Positions 44,447 through 54,622 of a DNA stretch of 64,000 nucleotides are shown here, one piece after another (the first letter of the stretch is position 1; the number at the start of each line of letters is the position of its first letter). The notes below the pieces were generated by a model. That model did no database searches and was not told the origin of the DNA. It was given only the letters and a program-made list of their open reading frames with translations. Position numbers and translations under genes: made by a program. Source of the DNA: an uncultured Gemmatimonadaceae bacterium (GTDB lineage: Bacteria > Gemmatimonadota > Gemmatimonadetes > Gemmatimonadales > Gemmatimonadaceae); NCBI GenBank assembly GCA_963781585.1, contig CAWAGQ010000004.1, positions 896,001-960,000 of the forward strand, in the 5' to 3' direction.

Positions 44447-45889
44447 CTACGCCGGTTTTCTCCCCGGGACGCCGATGCTGGTGAGCTTTCGCAAATCCAG
44501 GACCTCATCGATCTGGTCGGCGGGCAGGATGCCCTCCCTTCTCACCAGATCCCGGATCAGGATGCCCTCCTTGACCGAGCGCTTGCTGATCTCAGCGGCC
44601 GCGGCGTAGCCGATCTGGGGAGCCAGGGCGGTGGCCAACGCCGCGGAGCGCTCCACCCAGTACTCGCACATCTCTCGATTGGCCTCGATACCGCGCACGC
44701 AACGCTCCGACAACACGCGCGTGGCGTTCGTCAGGATCCGCACGGTGAGCAGCACGTTGAACGCGATCACCGGCATCATCACGTTGAGTTCCAGCTGCCC
44801 ATGCTCCGCCGCCGTCGCGACCGTGGTATCGCATCCGAAGACCTGGAAGCACACCTGGTTCACCATCTCGGGAATGGACGGATTCACCTTGCCGGGCATG
44901 ATCGACGATCCGGGCTGCACGGCCGGCAGTTGAATCTCGTCGAGGCCGGTCCGCGGTCCCATCACCATCAATCGGAGATCGTTCATGATCTTGCTGAGGT
45001 CCAGCGCGAAGACGCGAAGGCTGGCCGAAAAAGCCGCCACGTCGCCCATGCTCTGCATCAACTGCACGCGATCGGTGCCTTCGCGCAGTTCGATCCCGGT
45101 GATCTCCCGGAGATGCCGGATCATGAGGGCGGGATACGCCGGCTCGACGGTGACGCCGGTCCCGACCGCGCTGCCACCGATGCCCAGATCGCGCAGATAG
45201 TCGGCGGTCTCCCGCACTCGCCGCATCCCGCGATCGATCGTCCCCGCATACGCCGAGAATTCCTGGCCAAGCCGGATGGGCATGGCGTCCTGCAGGTGCG
45301 TGCGCCCCGCCTTGACGATGTCGTCGAACTCGCGCCCCTTGGCGGCGAAATCGTCGCGCAGCCGGGAGAACACGCCGAGCATGGGCTCGAGCTGCGAGAG
45401 ACACGCCAGACGGATGTTGGTCGGGATCGTGTCGTTCGTGCTCTGGGCCATGTTCACGTGATCGTTCGGATGGACCGGCGTGTACTCTCCGCGGCGCCCA
45501 CCCAGCAACTCGTTCGCGCGGTTGGCGAGCACCTCGTTGACATTCATGTTGTGCGAGGTGCCGGCCCCGGCCTGATACGGGTCCACCACGAACTGATCGC
45601 GATGCTGTCCCGCCAGCACCTCGTCAGCAGCGGTCACGATCGCGTCGGCGAGCCGGGGGTCGAGGCGGCCGGTGGTCTTGTGGGTCAGCGCCGCCGCCTT
45701 CTTGATCCAGACCTGGGCGATGACGAATGGCTCGGGGGGTGCCAAGCCGCTGATCGGAAAATTCCGGACGGCGCGCAGCGTCTGGACGCCGTAGAGCGCA
45801 TCGGCGGGCACCTCGAGCGTGCCCAATGGGTCCTTTTCGGTGCGCGTGCGGCCGGTCATGCCGGCGTGCCGCGCGCGGGGCGTGGACAT
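44447..45889 (-). CDS. aspA: Aspartate ammonia-lyase (fumarase/aspartase family)
   Basis: GAGTSHNMNVNEV, HPNDHVNMAQSTND, GRTHLQDA, GSSIMPGKVNP. Class II fumarase not excluded. Confidence 0.8.
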   Translation of the reverse strand: MSTPRARHAGMTGRTRTEKDPLGTLEVPADALYGVQTLRAVRNFPISGLAPPEPFVIAQVWIKKAAALTHKTTGRLDPRLADAIVTAADEVLAGQHRDQFVVDPYQAGAGTSHNMNVNEVLANRANELLGGRRGEYTPVHPNDHVNMAQSTNDTIPTNIRLACLSQLEPMLGVFSRLRDDFAAKGREFDDIVKAGRTHLQDAMPIRLGQEFSAYAGTIDRGMRRVRETADYLRDLGIGGSAVGTGVTVEPAYPALMIRHLREITGIELREGTDRVQLMQSMGDVAAFSASLRVFALDLSKIMNDLRLMVMGPRTGLDEIQLPAVQPGSSIMPGKVNPSIPEMVNQVCFQVFGCDTTVATAAEHGQLELNVMMPVIAFNVLLTVRILTNATRVLSERCVRGIEANREMCEYWVERSAALATALAPQIGYAAAAEISKRSVKEGILIRDLVRREGILPADQIDEVLDLRKLTSIGVPGRKPA

Positions 45890-45946
45890 CTCGCGCCACG
45901 CCGCGCCAGCGGGACCTTGCCCCCCGGACCCGCGAAGAGCATCACA

Positions 45947-46774
45947 CTAGGGGACGGTGGGTGTCGGTACCTGAAAGAGCGAGATGACCCCGACCAGCCC
46001 GTTGTCGGCTGTGCCCAGATAGTTGGTTCGAAGGCGCGTCGCCACCACTTCTCGCGCCGAAGCCGTTGCCGCAACCCATGGCTGGTACTGGTAGCTCGGG
46101 ATTGAATCCACGCCGTTGTCGGTGTACGAACAAAGAAGCTCTCGCGTCGGCGTTCCGCCACCAGAGGGGTCGTAACGGAGCTCGAGGATGAGCGCGCTGT
46201 TGGCGTCGTGCGATGCCGTCCAGTGGAGCGGGATGGTTTCGGACCCGGCGGGCACCGGGACAGGATCGATGGTGAACGGCTCGGCGGTCTTCGCCCGGAT
46301 CGAGGTAGCCGGAAATCCGCCAACCGCTCCGGGGACCGAGACGACGATGCTGTCTCCCGGCGTGTACGGTATCTCGGCGCCGGCAGACCGCTCGTAGATG
46401 ATCTGCCCCTGTGAATTCACGTCCCGCTGAAGCGTATCGACACGGCTGCCGATTTGCGTCGTCACCGGCAACCCCGCGTCAAGGAACGTGAGGCCGGTGA
46501 AATCGTTGCTGGGCGCCGTGTACAGCGCGTCGGTGCACGAATCGAGCACCAGTTTGGCGTTCGGTACTGACGCCAGCTGACCCACGAAGAAGCGACCCAC
46601 CGGAGCGGTCACGTAGTCGCCATTCGCGTTCTTCGATGCGTCCACCGAGATGAGGCCCCAGGTGTTGTTCGTGTTGGGCGAAAGGCCGCTCTCGCATGAG
46701 GCGATGAACACCGCCGCGACCAATGGGGCAATCCAGATCCAGCGGGACGGACGTTGACGACGTGTTGAGATCAT
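45947..46774 (-). CDS. Hypothetical lipoprotein
   Basis: Lipobox FIASC; beta-rich mature part. Confidence 0.7.
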   Translation of the reverse strand: MISTRRQRPSRWIWIAPLVAAVFIASCESGLSPNTNNTWGLISVDASKNANGDYVTAPVGRFFVGQLASVPNAKLVLDSCTDALYTAPSNDFTGLTFLDAGLPVTTQIGSRVDTLQRDVNSQGQIIYERSAGAEIPYTPGDSIVVSVPGAVGGFPATSIRAKTAEPFTIDPVPVPAGSETIPLHWTASHDANSALILELRYDPSGGGTPTRELLCSYTDNGVDSIPSYQYQPWVAATASAREVVATRLRTNYLGTADNGLVGVISLFQVPTPTVP

Positions 46775-46986
46775 CGGATGCGGGCGGTCGAGAGAGGTGG
46801 AAGGAGGAGCTCCGGCCCATGGAACTTGAGCTATGGACTGGCCTCACCCCCCGCCGTGAGCGAGGAGTGGCACCGCGTGAAGTTTCGATCCAAGCGTGCC
46901 TTCAGGCAACCTCGGAACGCCGGGAAAAGGGACGGAATGACGCAGGGGCAGCTCCAGGGCTGCGTGTCGCGCGATGAGGCGGCCAC

Positions 46987-47628
46987 CTAACGACTCCCGG
47001 CACGGTCGAAACCGGCCAGGAAGGGGTTGGTGTCGAGCTCCTCACCGACCGTCGTGCCGGGACCATGGCCCGGCAGTACCCGAGTCGAACTGGGAAGTGC
47101 CGTGATGCTCCGCAGCGACCGGGCCAGGGCCGCAGAGTCGCCCAGGGGGAGATCCGTGCGTCCGATCGATCCGGCAAACAGGCAATCGCCCACGAACGCC
47201 ACCGTGTGGCCGTGGATGACGACATGTCCCGGTGAGTGACCCGGCGTGTGCATCACCGCGAACGTCAGGCTCCCGAGTGCGAGTCGGGTCGCAGGGAGCA
47301 GCTCGCCATCGGGCTCCGGCGGCTGTTCGATCGACAGTCCCAACGCCGCCGCCTGTGCCGCCGCGTTGCGGTAGAGCGGGAGGTCGGCGGGGTGCAGGAG
47401 CACCGGTACGTTCCACGCGCGCTTCACCGCCCCGACGGCGCCCAGATGGTCGAGGTGCGCGTGGGTGAGCCAGATCGCGGTCAGGGTGACGCCGGCGTCC
47501 TTCACCGCATCGATCAGCTGCGGCGCGTCGTCGCCCGGATCGATCAGCACCGCCAGACGGGTCTGGGGATCCGCCACCAGGTAGCAGTTTTCGTAGAACG
47601 CACCGGTGACGAACCTGTCGATCCTCAC
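46987..47628 (-). CDS. MBL-fold metallo-hydrolase (glyoxalase II/YcbL-like)
   Basis: THAHLDH, HTPGHSPG, GD, GRTDLP, PGHG. Confidence 0.93.
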   Translation of the reverse strand: MRIDRFVTGAFYENCYLVADPQTRLAVLIDPGDDAPQLIDAVKDAGVTLTAIWLTHAHLDHLGAVGAVKRAWNVPVLLHPADLPLYRNAAAQAAALGLSIEQPPEPDGELLPATRLALGSLTFAVMHTPGHSPGHVVIHGHTVAFVGDCLFAGSIGRTDLPLGDSAALARSLRSITALPSSTRVLPGHGPGTTVGEELDTNPFLAGFDRAGSR

Positions 47629-48611
47629 GACGTGCGCGAGTCGGCAGCCACCGGGAACACCGAGGTGCGAAAGCCCCGCGACGTCAGGTACTTGTCCACG
47701 GCGATGGCTGCGGTGGTCGCGTCTCCCACCGCGGTCGTGATCTGCCGGGTAAGCTGCACCCGCACGTCACCCGCCGCGAAGAGGCCGGGGATCGAGGTCT
47801 CCATGTTGGAGTCGGTGACCAGGTAACCCATCGCGTCGTGCGTCGGATGTCCGACGATGATCCCGGTATTGGGCAGGAACCCCACGAACACGAAGATTCC
47901 GGTCACCGGCAGCTCGCTCGCCTGGCCGGTTCTGGTGTTCTTCAGCGCGAGCTTGTGGACCAGGCCGTTCGCATCGCCCAGGATCTCCTCGACCACGGTG
48001 TCCCAGATGATCTCGATCTGGGGATTCTCCATCACGCGATGGCGCAGCAATCGCGACGCGCGCAACTCATCGCGCCGGTGAATCAGGAAGATCTTCTCGG
48101 CATAGCGGGTCAGGAAATCGGCTTCCTCGCAAGCGGCATCGCCACCACCCACCACCGCGATCGTCTGGCCCTTGAAGAATGCCCCGTCGCAGACGGCGCA
48201 GTACGAGACGCCCTTGCCCGCATACTCCACCTCTCCGGGAACGCCGAGCTTCACGGGCGACCCGCCCGCGGTAATGATGACCGCCGGGGCGCGATACACG
48301 GAGCCGTCATCGCACTTGCACTCGAAGCCGTCGTCGATCCGCTTGATGGCCAGTACGTTCGCGGTGCGAAACTCGGCGCCGAACTTCCGCGCGTGGCTCT
48401 CGAACTTCTGGGCCAGTTCCCACCCGAGGACACGTTCGAACCCGGGATAATCTTCGATCAGTTCGGTGTTCAGGAGCTCACCCCCGGCGGCGCCCCGTTC
48501 GATCACGGCCGTCTTGAGCATCGACCGCCCGGCGTACATTGCGGCAGTCATCCCCGCCGGACCGGCGCCTACCACGATCACATCGAAGTCGAAATCCTGT
48601 GCCACGTTCAT
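47625..48611 (-). CDS. trxB: Thioredoxin-disulfide reductase
   Basis: GAGPAG, GVSYCAVCDG, GGGDAA, IHRRD, FAAGD. Confidence 0.93.
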   Translation of the reverse strand: MNVAQDFDFDVIVVGAGPAGMTAAMYAGRSMLKTAVIERGAAGGELLNTELIEDYPGFERVLGWELAQKFESHARKFGAEFRTANVLAIKRIDDGFECKCDDGSVYRAPAVIITAGGSPVKLGVPGEVEYAGKGVSYCAVCDGAFFKGQTIAVVGGGDAACEEADFLTRYAEKIFLIHRRDELRASRLLRHRVMENPQIEIIWDTVVEEILGDANGLVHKLALKNTRTGQASELPVTGIFVFVGFLPNTGIIVGHPTHDAMGYLVTDSNMETSIPGLFAAGDVRVQLTRQITTAVGDATTAAIAVDKYLTSRGFRTSVFPVAADSRTS

Positions 48612-48821
48612 CCCTCGTCTACTGGTTGGCGCCCAGCGCAGGAACGCGACCTGCCGAATCCCGGCGACCGCACCACGCGGCCGTACCGCCGGTGACGACC
48701 GGCTCCACCAGCCCTCGCCGCGTCACGATGGCAAGATGGAAATCTCGCCACGGCACTGTCGCCGTGGTATTCGCGCATGCCCCGTCCGACGAGTCCCTAC
48801 GCCCCGGTGCGGGTTCCACCA

Positions 48822-49562
48822 TTAGTGCCGCACGTGGCGACCCCCGTCTACCAGAAGGGTCTCACCGGTGACGTAGGTGGCATCGAGCAGGTAGAGAACG
48901 GCACGGGCCACGTCTTCCGGCGAGCCCCACCGCTTCAGTGGTGTGGTTTCCCGCAGCCGCTCGGAAGCAGCGGGATCCCAGCCTTCGGGCAGGAGCACGG
49001 TGCCCGGTGCCACCGCGTTCACGCGAATGCGCGGCGCGAGCACGCGGGCCAGCGCACGCGTCAGGTGGACCAGCGCAGCCTTGCTGACCCCGTGCGGGAT
49101 GTAGCCCGGCCACGTCTCGAACGCCGAAAGGTCGGCGATGTTCACGATGACGCCGCCATCGGGAAGATGGTTCGCGGCCTCCTGCGCGATCAGAAACGGT
49201 CCCCGCAGGTTGAGGTCGAGGATGGAATCCCACGACTCGGGTGTTACCTGCCCGAGCGGAGTCCGGACCATCACCGCCGCGGAATTCACGACCACGTCCA
49301 GACGCCCCATCGACGCCACCACGTCGCGGACCAGCTGCGCCGGCGCTCCCGCGTCCCCGAGGTTCGCGTGGAACAGCCGGCCATGGGCGCCCCGACGTTC
49401 CAACTCCGCCACCGTTCCCGCCGCATCGGCCTGCGAGAGGTAGTAGTGCACCGCGACGTCGTAGCCGCGCGATCCGAGCACGATGGCCAGAATCCGGCCC
49501 ACCCGTCGTCCGGCGCCAGTTACCAGCGCGACCGGCCTCGCGGCTCCGGCTGCAGGATCCAC
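48822..49562 (-). CDS. SDR oxidoreductase, pteridine reductase/FolM-like
   Basis: TGAGRRVG, VAVHY, VNSA, RVNAVAPG, VDGG. Confidence 0.85.
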   Translation of the reverse strand: MDPAAGAARPVALVTGAGRRVGRILAIVLGSRGYDVAVHYYLSQADAAGTVAELERRGAHGRLFHANLGDAGAPAQLVRDVVASMGRLDVVVNSAAVMVRTPLGQVTPESWDSILDLNLRGPFLIAQEAANHLPDGGVIVNIADLSAFETWPGYIPHGVSKAALVHLTRALARVLAPRIRVNAVAPGTVLLPEGWDPAASERLRETTPLKRWGSPEDVARAVLYLLDATYVTGETLLVDGGRHVRH

Positions 49563-49573
49563 GGCGCGGCTCC

Positions 49574-50422
49574 TCAGGCGACCGAAGCCTGCGTGCGGCG
49601 GCGCGCCACGCGCTCGTCCTGCCGTTCCAGCCACTCCTCCGGCACCCGGAGCGCACCCACGACCCGGCCGGCATCCCCGCTGCCGTGCGAGTCCGATCCG
49701 CCGCTCGGGACGAGAGCGAAGTGCTGGACCAGCGCGAGCAGACGCGCGCGATCGTCGGCCGAGTGCGAGGGGTGAAGCACCTCCACCCCGTCGAGCCCGA
49801 GCGCGACGAGTGCCCCGATCCGCGCCACGGTTCCTCCGCCGCCCGGGTGCGCGAGCACGGCGATTCCGCCACAGGCGTGCACCAGCGAGATCGCTTCCCC
49901 AAGCCCCATCCGACGCTTTTCGAGAAAGGCCGGGCGCCCGGCGCCCAGGTAGCGATCGAAGGCGTCGCGCAGGTCCCGTGCCCACCCGTTCTCGACCAGC
50001 GCACGCGCCACATGCGGGCGCCCGATCGCGGCGTCAGCCGCCACCGAGAGCACATCGTCGAATGTGATCCGGACCCCGATGTCGTTCAGTCGGTGCACCA
50101 TTGCTTCGGCGCGCTGGCGGCGTGCCGCGCGGAAGGCGGCCAGCTGGCCACGCATGTCGTCGAGCCGCAACAGATGCAGGCCGAGCAGGTGCGTCTCGTC
50201 GCTCTTCTCGTACGCGCTCAGCTCGACACCCGCGATGATACGTACCCCGGCCTGTTCCCCGGCAGCCATCGCCGCTTCGATGCCGTCCACCGTGTCGTGG
50301 TCGGTGAGCGCGATGGCAGCGAGGCCGGCCGACTGTGCCGCGCGCACGACACGCTCCGGCGCCTCCGTGCCGTCGGAAGCCGTGGAATGCAGATGCAGGT
50401 CAACGCACCGCGCGTGCGCCAT
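49574..50422 (-). CDS. PHP-domain phosphoesterase (TrpH/YciV-like)
   Basis: DLHLHSTASDG, TDHDT, GRPHVA, AHP, GGSDSHG. Confidence 0.93.
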   Translation of the reverse strand: MAHARCVDLHLHSTASDGTEAPERVVRAAQSAGLAAIALTDHDTVDGIEAAMAAGEQAGVRIIAGVELSAYEKSDETHLLGLHLLRLDDMRGQLAAFRAARRQRAEAMVHRLNDIGVRITFDDVLSVAADAAIGRPHVARALVENGWARDLRDAFDRYLGAGRPAFLEKRRMGLGEAISLVHACGGIAVLAHPGGGGTVARIGALVALGLDGVEVLHPSHSADDRARLLALVQHFALVPSGGSDSHGSGDAGRVVGALRVPEEWLERQDERVARRRTQASVA

Positions 50423-50440
50423 CGGAGCGGCGATCTGCGG

Positions 50441-50716
50441 CTACCCGGTGTAGCCCACTTCGGGCGAGGTGAAACTCGGCTGCGACTGGTGGAACAGCCG
50501 GAGCAGGTCCTCGTCAGGCAGCTCGGCGAGCGATTGCTCCCGGGAACGCGTCCCCACCGGGCTATATCGCGTGACCCGCAGCTCGCGGTCGTTGCCCGAT
50601 CCCGCAACGAAGATCAGGCCGAATTCGTCGCGGTCGTATTGGGTGATGTAGCCGGAAGGAAACACGCGCCAGGTTCTGCCGTCGACTTCGAGCGAACGCG
50701 TAGGCATGCTCAGCAC
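50441..50716 (-). CDS. Small hypothetical protein
   Basis: Fills the gap in the operon; coding-like (WRVFPSGYITQYDRDEFGLIF). Confidence 0.7.
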   Translation of the reverse strand: MLSMPTRSLEVDGRTWRVFPSGYITQYDRDEFGLIFVAGSGNDRELRVTRYSPVGTRSREQSLAELPDEDLLRLFHQSQPSFTSPEVGYTG

Positions 50717-50747
50717 CGCTCCACGTGGGAGGAAACCCGAGCTCCGG

Positions 50748-52094
50748 TCAGAATCCGGCCTCGGGAATGGTCTCGAGTTGCTGCTTCACGAACCCCAGGA
50801 ACCGGTCGGCGTCGGCGCCATCCACGATCCGATGGTCGAACGACAGGAAGAAATGCGCGCACGTCCGGATGGCGATGACGTCGTCTCCGTCCACCCCCTT
50901 CATCACCTTCGGTCGCTTCTCGATGGCACCGGTACCGAGAATCGCCACCGTGGGCTGTGGAATGACCGGCGTACCCATGACAGAGCCGAAGACCCCCGGG
51001 TTCGTGATCGAGAACGTGGCGTCCTGCACCTCTTCGGGCTTCAGGCCCTTGGCCCGCGCCCGCGTCGCCAGGTCGTTCAGGGCGCGGGTCAATCCGGCGA
51101 GCGACAGGTTGTCCGCATCCTTGATCACGGGAACGATCAGGCCCCAGTCGACGGCGACGGCGACGCCGATGTTGTAGCGCTTGCGATAGACGACGTCGGT
51201 GCCGCGCACCGCGGCGTTGACGACGGGATAGGTTCGCAAACCGGCGACCACGGCCTGAATCACGAACGGCAGGTAGGTGAGCTTGTCGCCGTGCGCGTCG
51301 AATTCGGGCCTGAGCCGATCACGCACCCGCGCCACGCGTGTGAGGTCGACCTCGAAGACGGTGGTGACGTGGGCCGAGGTGTGCTTGGAGTAGACCATGT
51401 GGCCCGCGGTCAGCCGGCGGATCCTGCTCATCGGCTCGACCACGTCACCGGGCCATGCTTGCACGGTTGGTGGCTGGTAGTCGAATCCGGCCGGCGCATA
51501 CATCGACGCCGGCGGCGCGGGCGCGGCGGCTGCACCGGAGTCGATGAACGCGAGGATGTCCTTCTTGGTGACCCGACCGGCGACGCCCGAGCCGGTCAGC
51601 CCTGCCAATTCGATGCCGTGCTCCGCGGCGATGCGGCGAACCAGGGGGGATGACCGCGTGCGAATCCGCTCCTCGAAGGAGCCAGGGGTGGTGGGTGGAT
51701 GCGGTGGAACGCTTTGGGATGCAGTGGCGCGGTGGGGGAGAGGGGAGGGTTCGGGCGTAGATTCTTTCATCGGGGGGGCCCCCCCGGTCGCGGTTCGCGC
51801 TGGCACCGCAGATGCCGCCCCCACCCCCCCGCCCTCGCTCACCACACCTGCGCCGTCGCTCTCGATCCGAGCCACGACGGTCTCCACCGGCACCGTCTGC
51901 CCCTCTCTTACCAGAATCTCCACCAGCACTCCGGCATTCGGTGCCGGAATCTCGGCATCCACCTTGTCCGTGGAGATCTCGAACATCGGCTCATCACGCA
52001 GGACGCTTTCCCCGACCTTCTTCAGCCACCGGGACAAGGTCCCTTCGGCGATCGATTCCCCCATCTGCGGCATCAGAACGTCGATTCGCGGCAC
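50748..52094 (-). CDS. 2-oxoacid dehydrogenase E2 (dihydrolipoamide acyltransferase)
   Basis: Lipoyl domain (MPQMGESIAEG, STDKVDAE), E3-binding domain (GSGVAGRVTKKD), catalytic DHRIVDG. Confidence 0.95.
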   Translation of the reverse strand: MPRIDVLMPQMGESIAEGTLSRWLKKVGESVLRDEPMFEISTDKVDAEIPAPNAGVLVEILVREGQTVPVETVVARIESDGAGVVSEGGGVGAASAVPARTATGGAPPMKESTPEPSPLPHRATASQSVPPHPPTTPGSFEERIRTRSSPLVRRIAAEHGIELAGLTGSGVAGRVTKKDILAFIDSGAAAAPAPPASMYAPAGFDYQPPTVQAWPGDVVEPMSRIRRLTAGHMVYSKHTSAHVTTVFEVDLTRVARVRDRLRPEFDAHGDKLTYLPFVIQAVVAGLRTYPVVNAAVRGTDVVYRKRYNIGVAVAVDWGLIVPVIKDADNLSLAGLTRALNDLATRARAKGLKPEEVQDATFSITNPGVFGSVMGTPVIPQPTVAILGTGAIEKRPKVMKGVDGDDVIAIRTCAHFFLSFDHRIVDGADADRFLGFVKQQLETIPEAGF

Positions 52095-52108
52095 CGTATC
52101 GCCCTCAC

Positions 52109-52408
52109 TCAGGATTGCGTCGTCGTATCGCGGCGGCGTAGCCGCCGGAGAACCAGGATCGGCAACGAAACCGCCCCCAGCACCGCGCCCACCCACCAGT
52201 AAACATACCAGTTGCAGATTGGGAGCCCCTCGCAGGAGGGGCTGCGCCGGGCCCCTTCGACCAGTCTGCCGATGAGAACCGCAACCATGCCCCCGCTGAA
52301 CATGCCGGCAACCGTGGTGAAGCACCCGATCGCGACGTTCCGCGAACGCGGGGCCCCCTGCACCGCATCGCCGCCAGTGCGCCCCACTCCCGGCCTGCCC
52401 TCAGCCAC
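52109..52408 (-). CDS. Small two-TM membrane protein
   Basis: Two hydrophobic segments flanking CEGLPIC; start uncertain. Confidence 0.6.
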   Translation of the reverse strand: MAEGRPGVGRTGGDAVQGAPRSRNVAIGCFTTVAGMFSGGMVAVLIGRLVEGARRSPSCEGLPICNWYVYWWVGAVLGAVSLPILVLRRLRRRDTTTQS

Positions 52409-52511
52409 CGCACCCTTCCCCGCTGCCGACGGGTTCCCGCAACATCTCGGCGCCTGACGACGAAGACCGCGGTGCCGCGACCTCGCCCGGAGGCGGCCCG
52501 GCCGGCGCCAT

Positions 52512-52823
52512 TCAGTACGCCGCCTCCAACCGGTGCGACGGTTCGGTGCGCCGATGCAGCTGCACAAAGAAGCGCTTCACGTTCCGGTCAAGTCGGCTCT
52601 CGCCAATCTGATCGGTGTCGACCTCCACGAAGGCATAGTGACCCCCTTCCGGCTTGACTGTCATACGCGCCTTCGCCACCACCTCCGGCATCCCGACGAC
52701 ACCCGCAAATGTCCGCGACCGTCCCGAGCTGGCCACCATCTGCAGACCGAGTCTCGTAAAGAACTCGTCAGCGGCTTCGACGACCTCCACCGGTGTCAAC
52801 GACGTGCGAAAAAAGTGCCGCAT
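52512..52823 (-). CDS. Hypothetical protein
   Basis: 103 aa with an AGGAG SD; coding-like. Confidence 0.7.
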   Translation of the reverse strand: MRHFFRTSLTPVEVVEAADEFFTRLGLQMVASSGRSRTFAGVVGMPEVVAKARMTVKPEGGHYAFVEVDTDQIGESRLDRNVKRFFVQLHRRTEPSHRLEAAY

Positions 52824-52829
52824 GACTCC

Positions 52830-53261
52830 TCATGGTTTGGACTTCACGTCCGGACGCTCCGGAAAGACGTCCTGCATCCAGTCCACGCGCTGGAGCACCT
52901 GCGTTGAGTCCCGTCGGAACTGGACCGCCACCGCCCATTCGCCATTCGTGATGAAACTCAGCGTACCGTAGTAGGTCCCCAGCTCCTCACCGGGGAGAAG
53001 CGCGTCCCAGACGTTCACGTTGTCATGACTGGTCGCGAAGATGCGCCCTTCCCCGCCCTCGATCGGCTGACCGGTCTTGCTGTCGCGTACCACGACCTTG
53101 TACTTGATGGGCTCGCGCGCGTGCGGCGGCACGGGGTCGGAGATGACGCGGTACTTCATGTCCTCCGACTCGAGACGGATCGAGAGATCCGGCGCCTCCG
53201 GCGTGCACACCGCCACGACCGGCATCAGCAGGAGCACGGCCAGCCACACCCGACTCCTCAC
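52830..53261 (-). CDS. Hypothetical exported/lipoprotein (FixH/YtkA-like Ig fold possible)
   Basis: GTG overlaps the ino1 stop; hydrophobic leader ending VAVC; GTYYGTLSFITNGEWAV. Confidence 0.65.
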   Translation of the reverse strand: MRSRVWLAVLLLMPVVAVCTPEAPDLSIRLESEDMKYRVISDPVPPHAREPIKYKVVVRDSKTGQPIEGGEGRIFATSHDNVNVWDALLPGEELGTYYGTLSFITNGEWAVAVQFRRDSTQVLQRVDWMQDVFPERPDVKSKP

Positions 53262-54589
53262 CACCCGTAGTACTCCAGCCCGAGGTGGGTGATCTGCTCC
53301 TCGCCCATCAGATGACGCAGCGTGTTTTTGAGCTTCGTCTGCTGAATGAACAGATCGTGCTCCGGCTGAAGGCCGGGCGCGGCCATCGGACTCTTGAAAT
53401 AGAAAGACAGCCATTCCTGAATCCCCTTCATGCCCGCGCGCTGCGCGAAATCCGAGAAGAGCGCCAGATCGAGCACGATCGGCGCCGCCAGAATCGAGTC
53501 CCGACACAGAAAGTTAATCTTGATCTGCATCGGATAGCCCATCCAGCCGAAGATGTCGATGTTGTCCCAGCCTTCCTTATTGTCGCCGCGCGGCGGGTAG
53601 TAGTTGATGCGCACGACGTGAGAAAAGTGCGCGTACAGCTCCGGATACAGGTCGGGCTGCAGGATCGTATGCAGCACACTGAGCTTCGACTCCTCCTTGG
53701 TCTTGAACGACGCCGGATCGTCCAGCACCTCACCGTCCCGATTGCCGAGGATGTTGGTCGAATACCAGCCGGCGAGGCCGAGCATCCGCGCCTTGAGGGC
53801 CGGCGAGATCACCGTCTTGAGCCAGGTCTGCCCGGTCTTGAAATCCTTGCCCGAGATGGGGACGCTGTGGTCGTTCGCGAGCTGCATCAGGGCCGGCGTG
53901 TCCACCGCCAGATTCGGCGCCCCATTCGCGAACGGCACCCCTTCCATGATCGCGGCCCACGCGTACAGCATCGACGGCGCTACCGCATCGTCGTTGCGCT
54001 CCATCGCGCGTTCGAACTGTTCGACGGTGGCGTGCGGCGCACCGGCCTTGATGTACGCTTCGGTCGACGCGCACCACACCATCACCATGCGGTCCACACC
54101 ATTGCGTGACTTGAACTCACGGATGTCCTGCCGCAGTTGCTCGGCGAGGTCGCGCTTGGTCTTGCCTTGCTTGCAGTTCGTCCCGCTGATCCGTGTCACG
54201 TAGCGTGAATCGAACACCGCCGGCATGGGTCGCACGGATCGCAGGAATTCCGCTACCGGCTCCACGTGCCGTTCCTCGAGCACCCCCGCCTTTCGCGCCG
54301 CGGTGTAGGCATCATCCGGAATGGGATCCCAGGCCCCGAACACCAGATCGTCAAGCGATGCCAAGGGGACGAAGTCCTTGATAAGCGGTGAGCGATGCTC
54401 GGTCCGTCGCCCGAGACGGATGGTCGCCATCTGCGTGAGCGAGCCGATGGGACTCGACAAGCCGCGCCGGATGCTCTCGACCCCCGCGATGAAGGTCGTG
54501 GCAACAGCGCCGAGCCCTGGCGTCAGAACGCCGAGCTTGCCGGCCGGTGGACGTATCGTCACACGAGGTGTCGCGGAAGAGGCCGGCAC
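53258..54589 (-). CDS. ino1: myo-inositol-1-phosphate synthase
   Basis: GLGAVAT, VWCASTE, GKDFKTGQT, NILGNRDG, GDNKEGWD, RDSILAAP. Confidence 0.95.
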   Translation of the reverse strand: MPASSATPRVTIRPPAGKLGVLTPGLGAVATTFIAGVESIRRGLSSPIGSLTQMATIRLGRRTEHRSPLIKDFVPLASLDDLVFGAWDPIPDDAYTAARKAGVLEERHVEPVAEFLRSVRPMPAVFDSRYVTRISGTNCKQGKTKRDLAEQLRQDIREFKSRNGVDRMVMVWCASTEAYIKAGAPHATVEQFERAMERNDDAVAPSMLYAWAAIMEGVPFANGAPNLAVDTPALMQLANDHSVPISGKDFKTGQTWLKTVISPALKARMLGLAGWYSTNILGNRDGEVLDDPASFKTKEESKLSVLHTILQPDLYPELYAHFSHVVRINYYPPRGDNKEGWDNIDIFGWMGYPMQIKINFLCRDSILAAPIVLDLALFSDFAQRAGMKGIQEWLSFYFKSPMAAPGLQPEHDLFIQQTKLKNTLRHLMGEEQITHLGLEYYGW

Positions 54590-54622
54590 GCTAGGGGATC
54601 TCCAGAAATCTCGCGAATGTCG

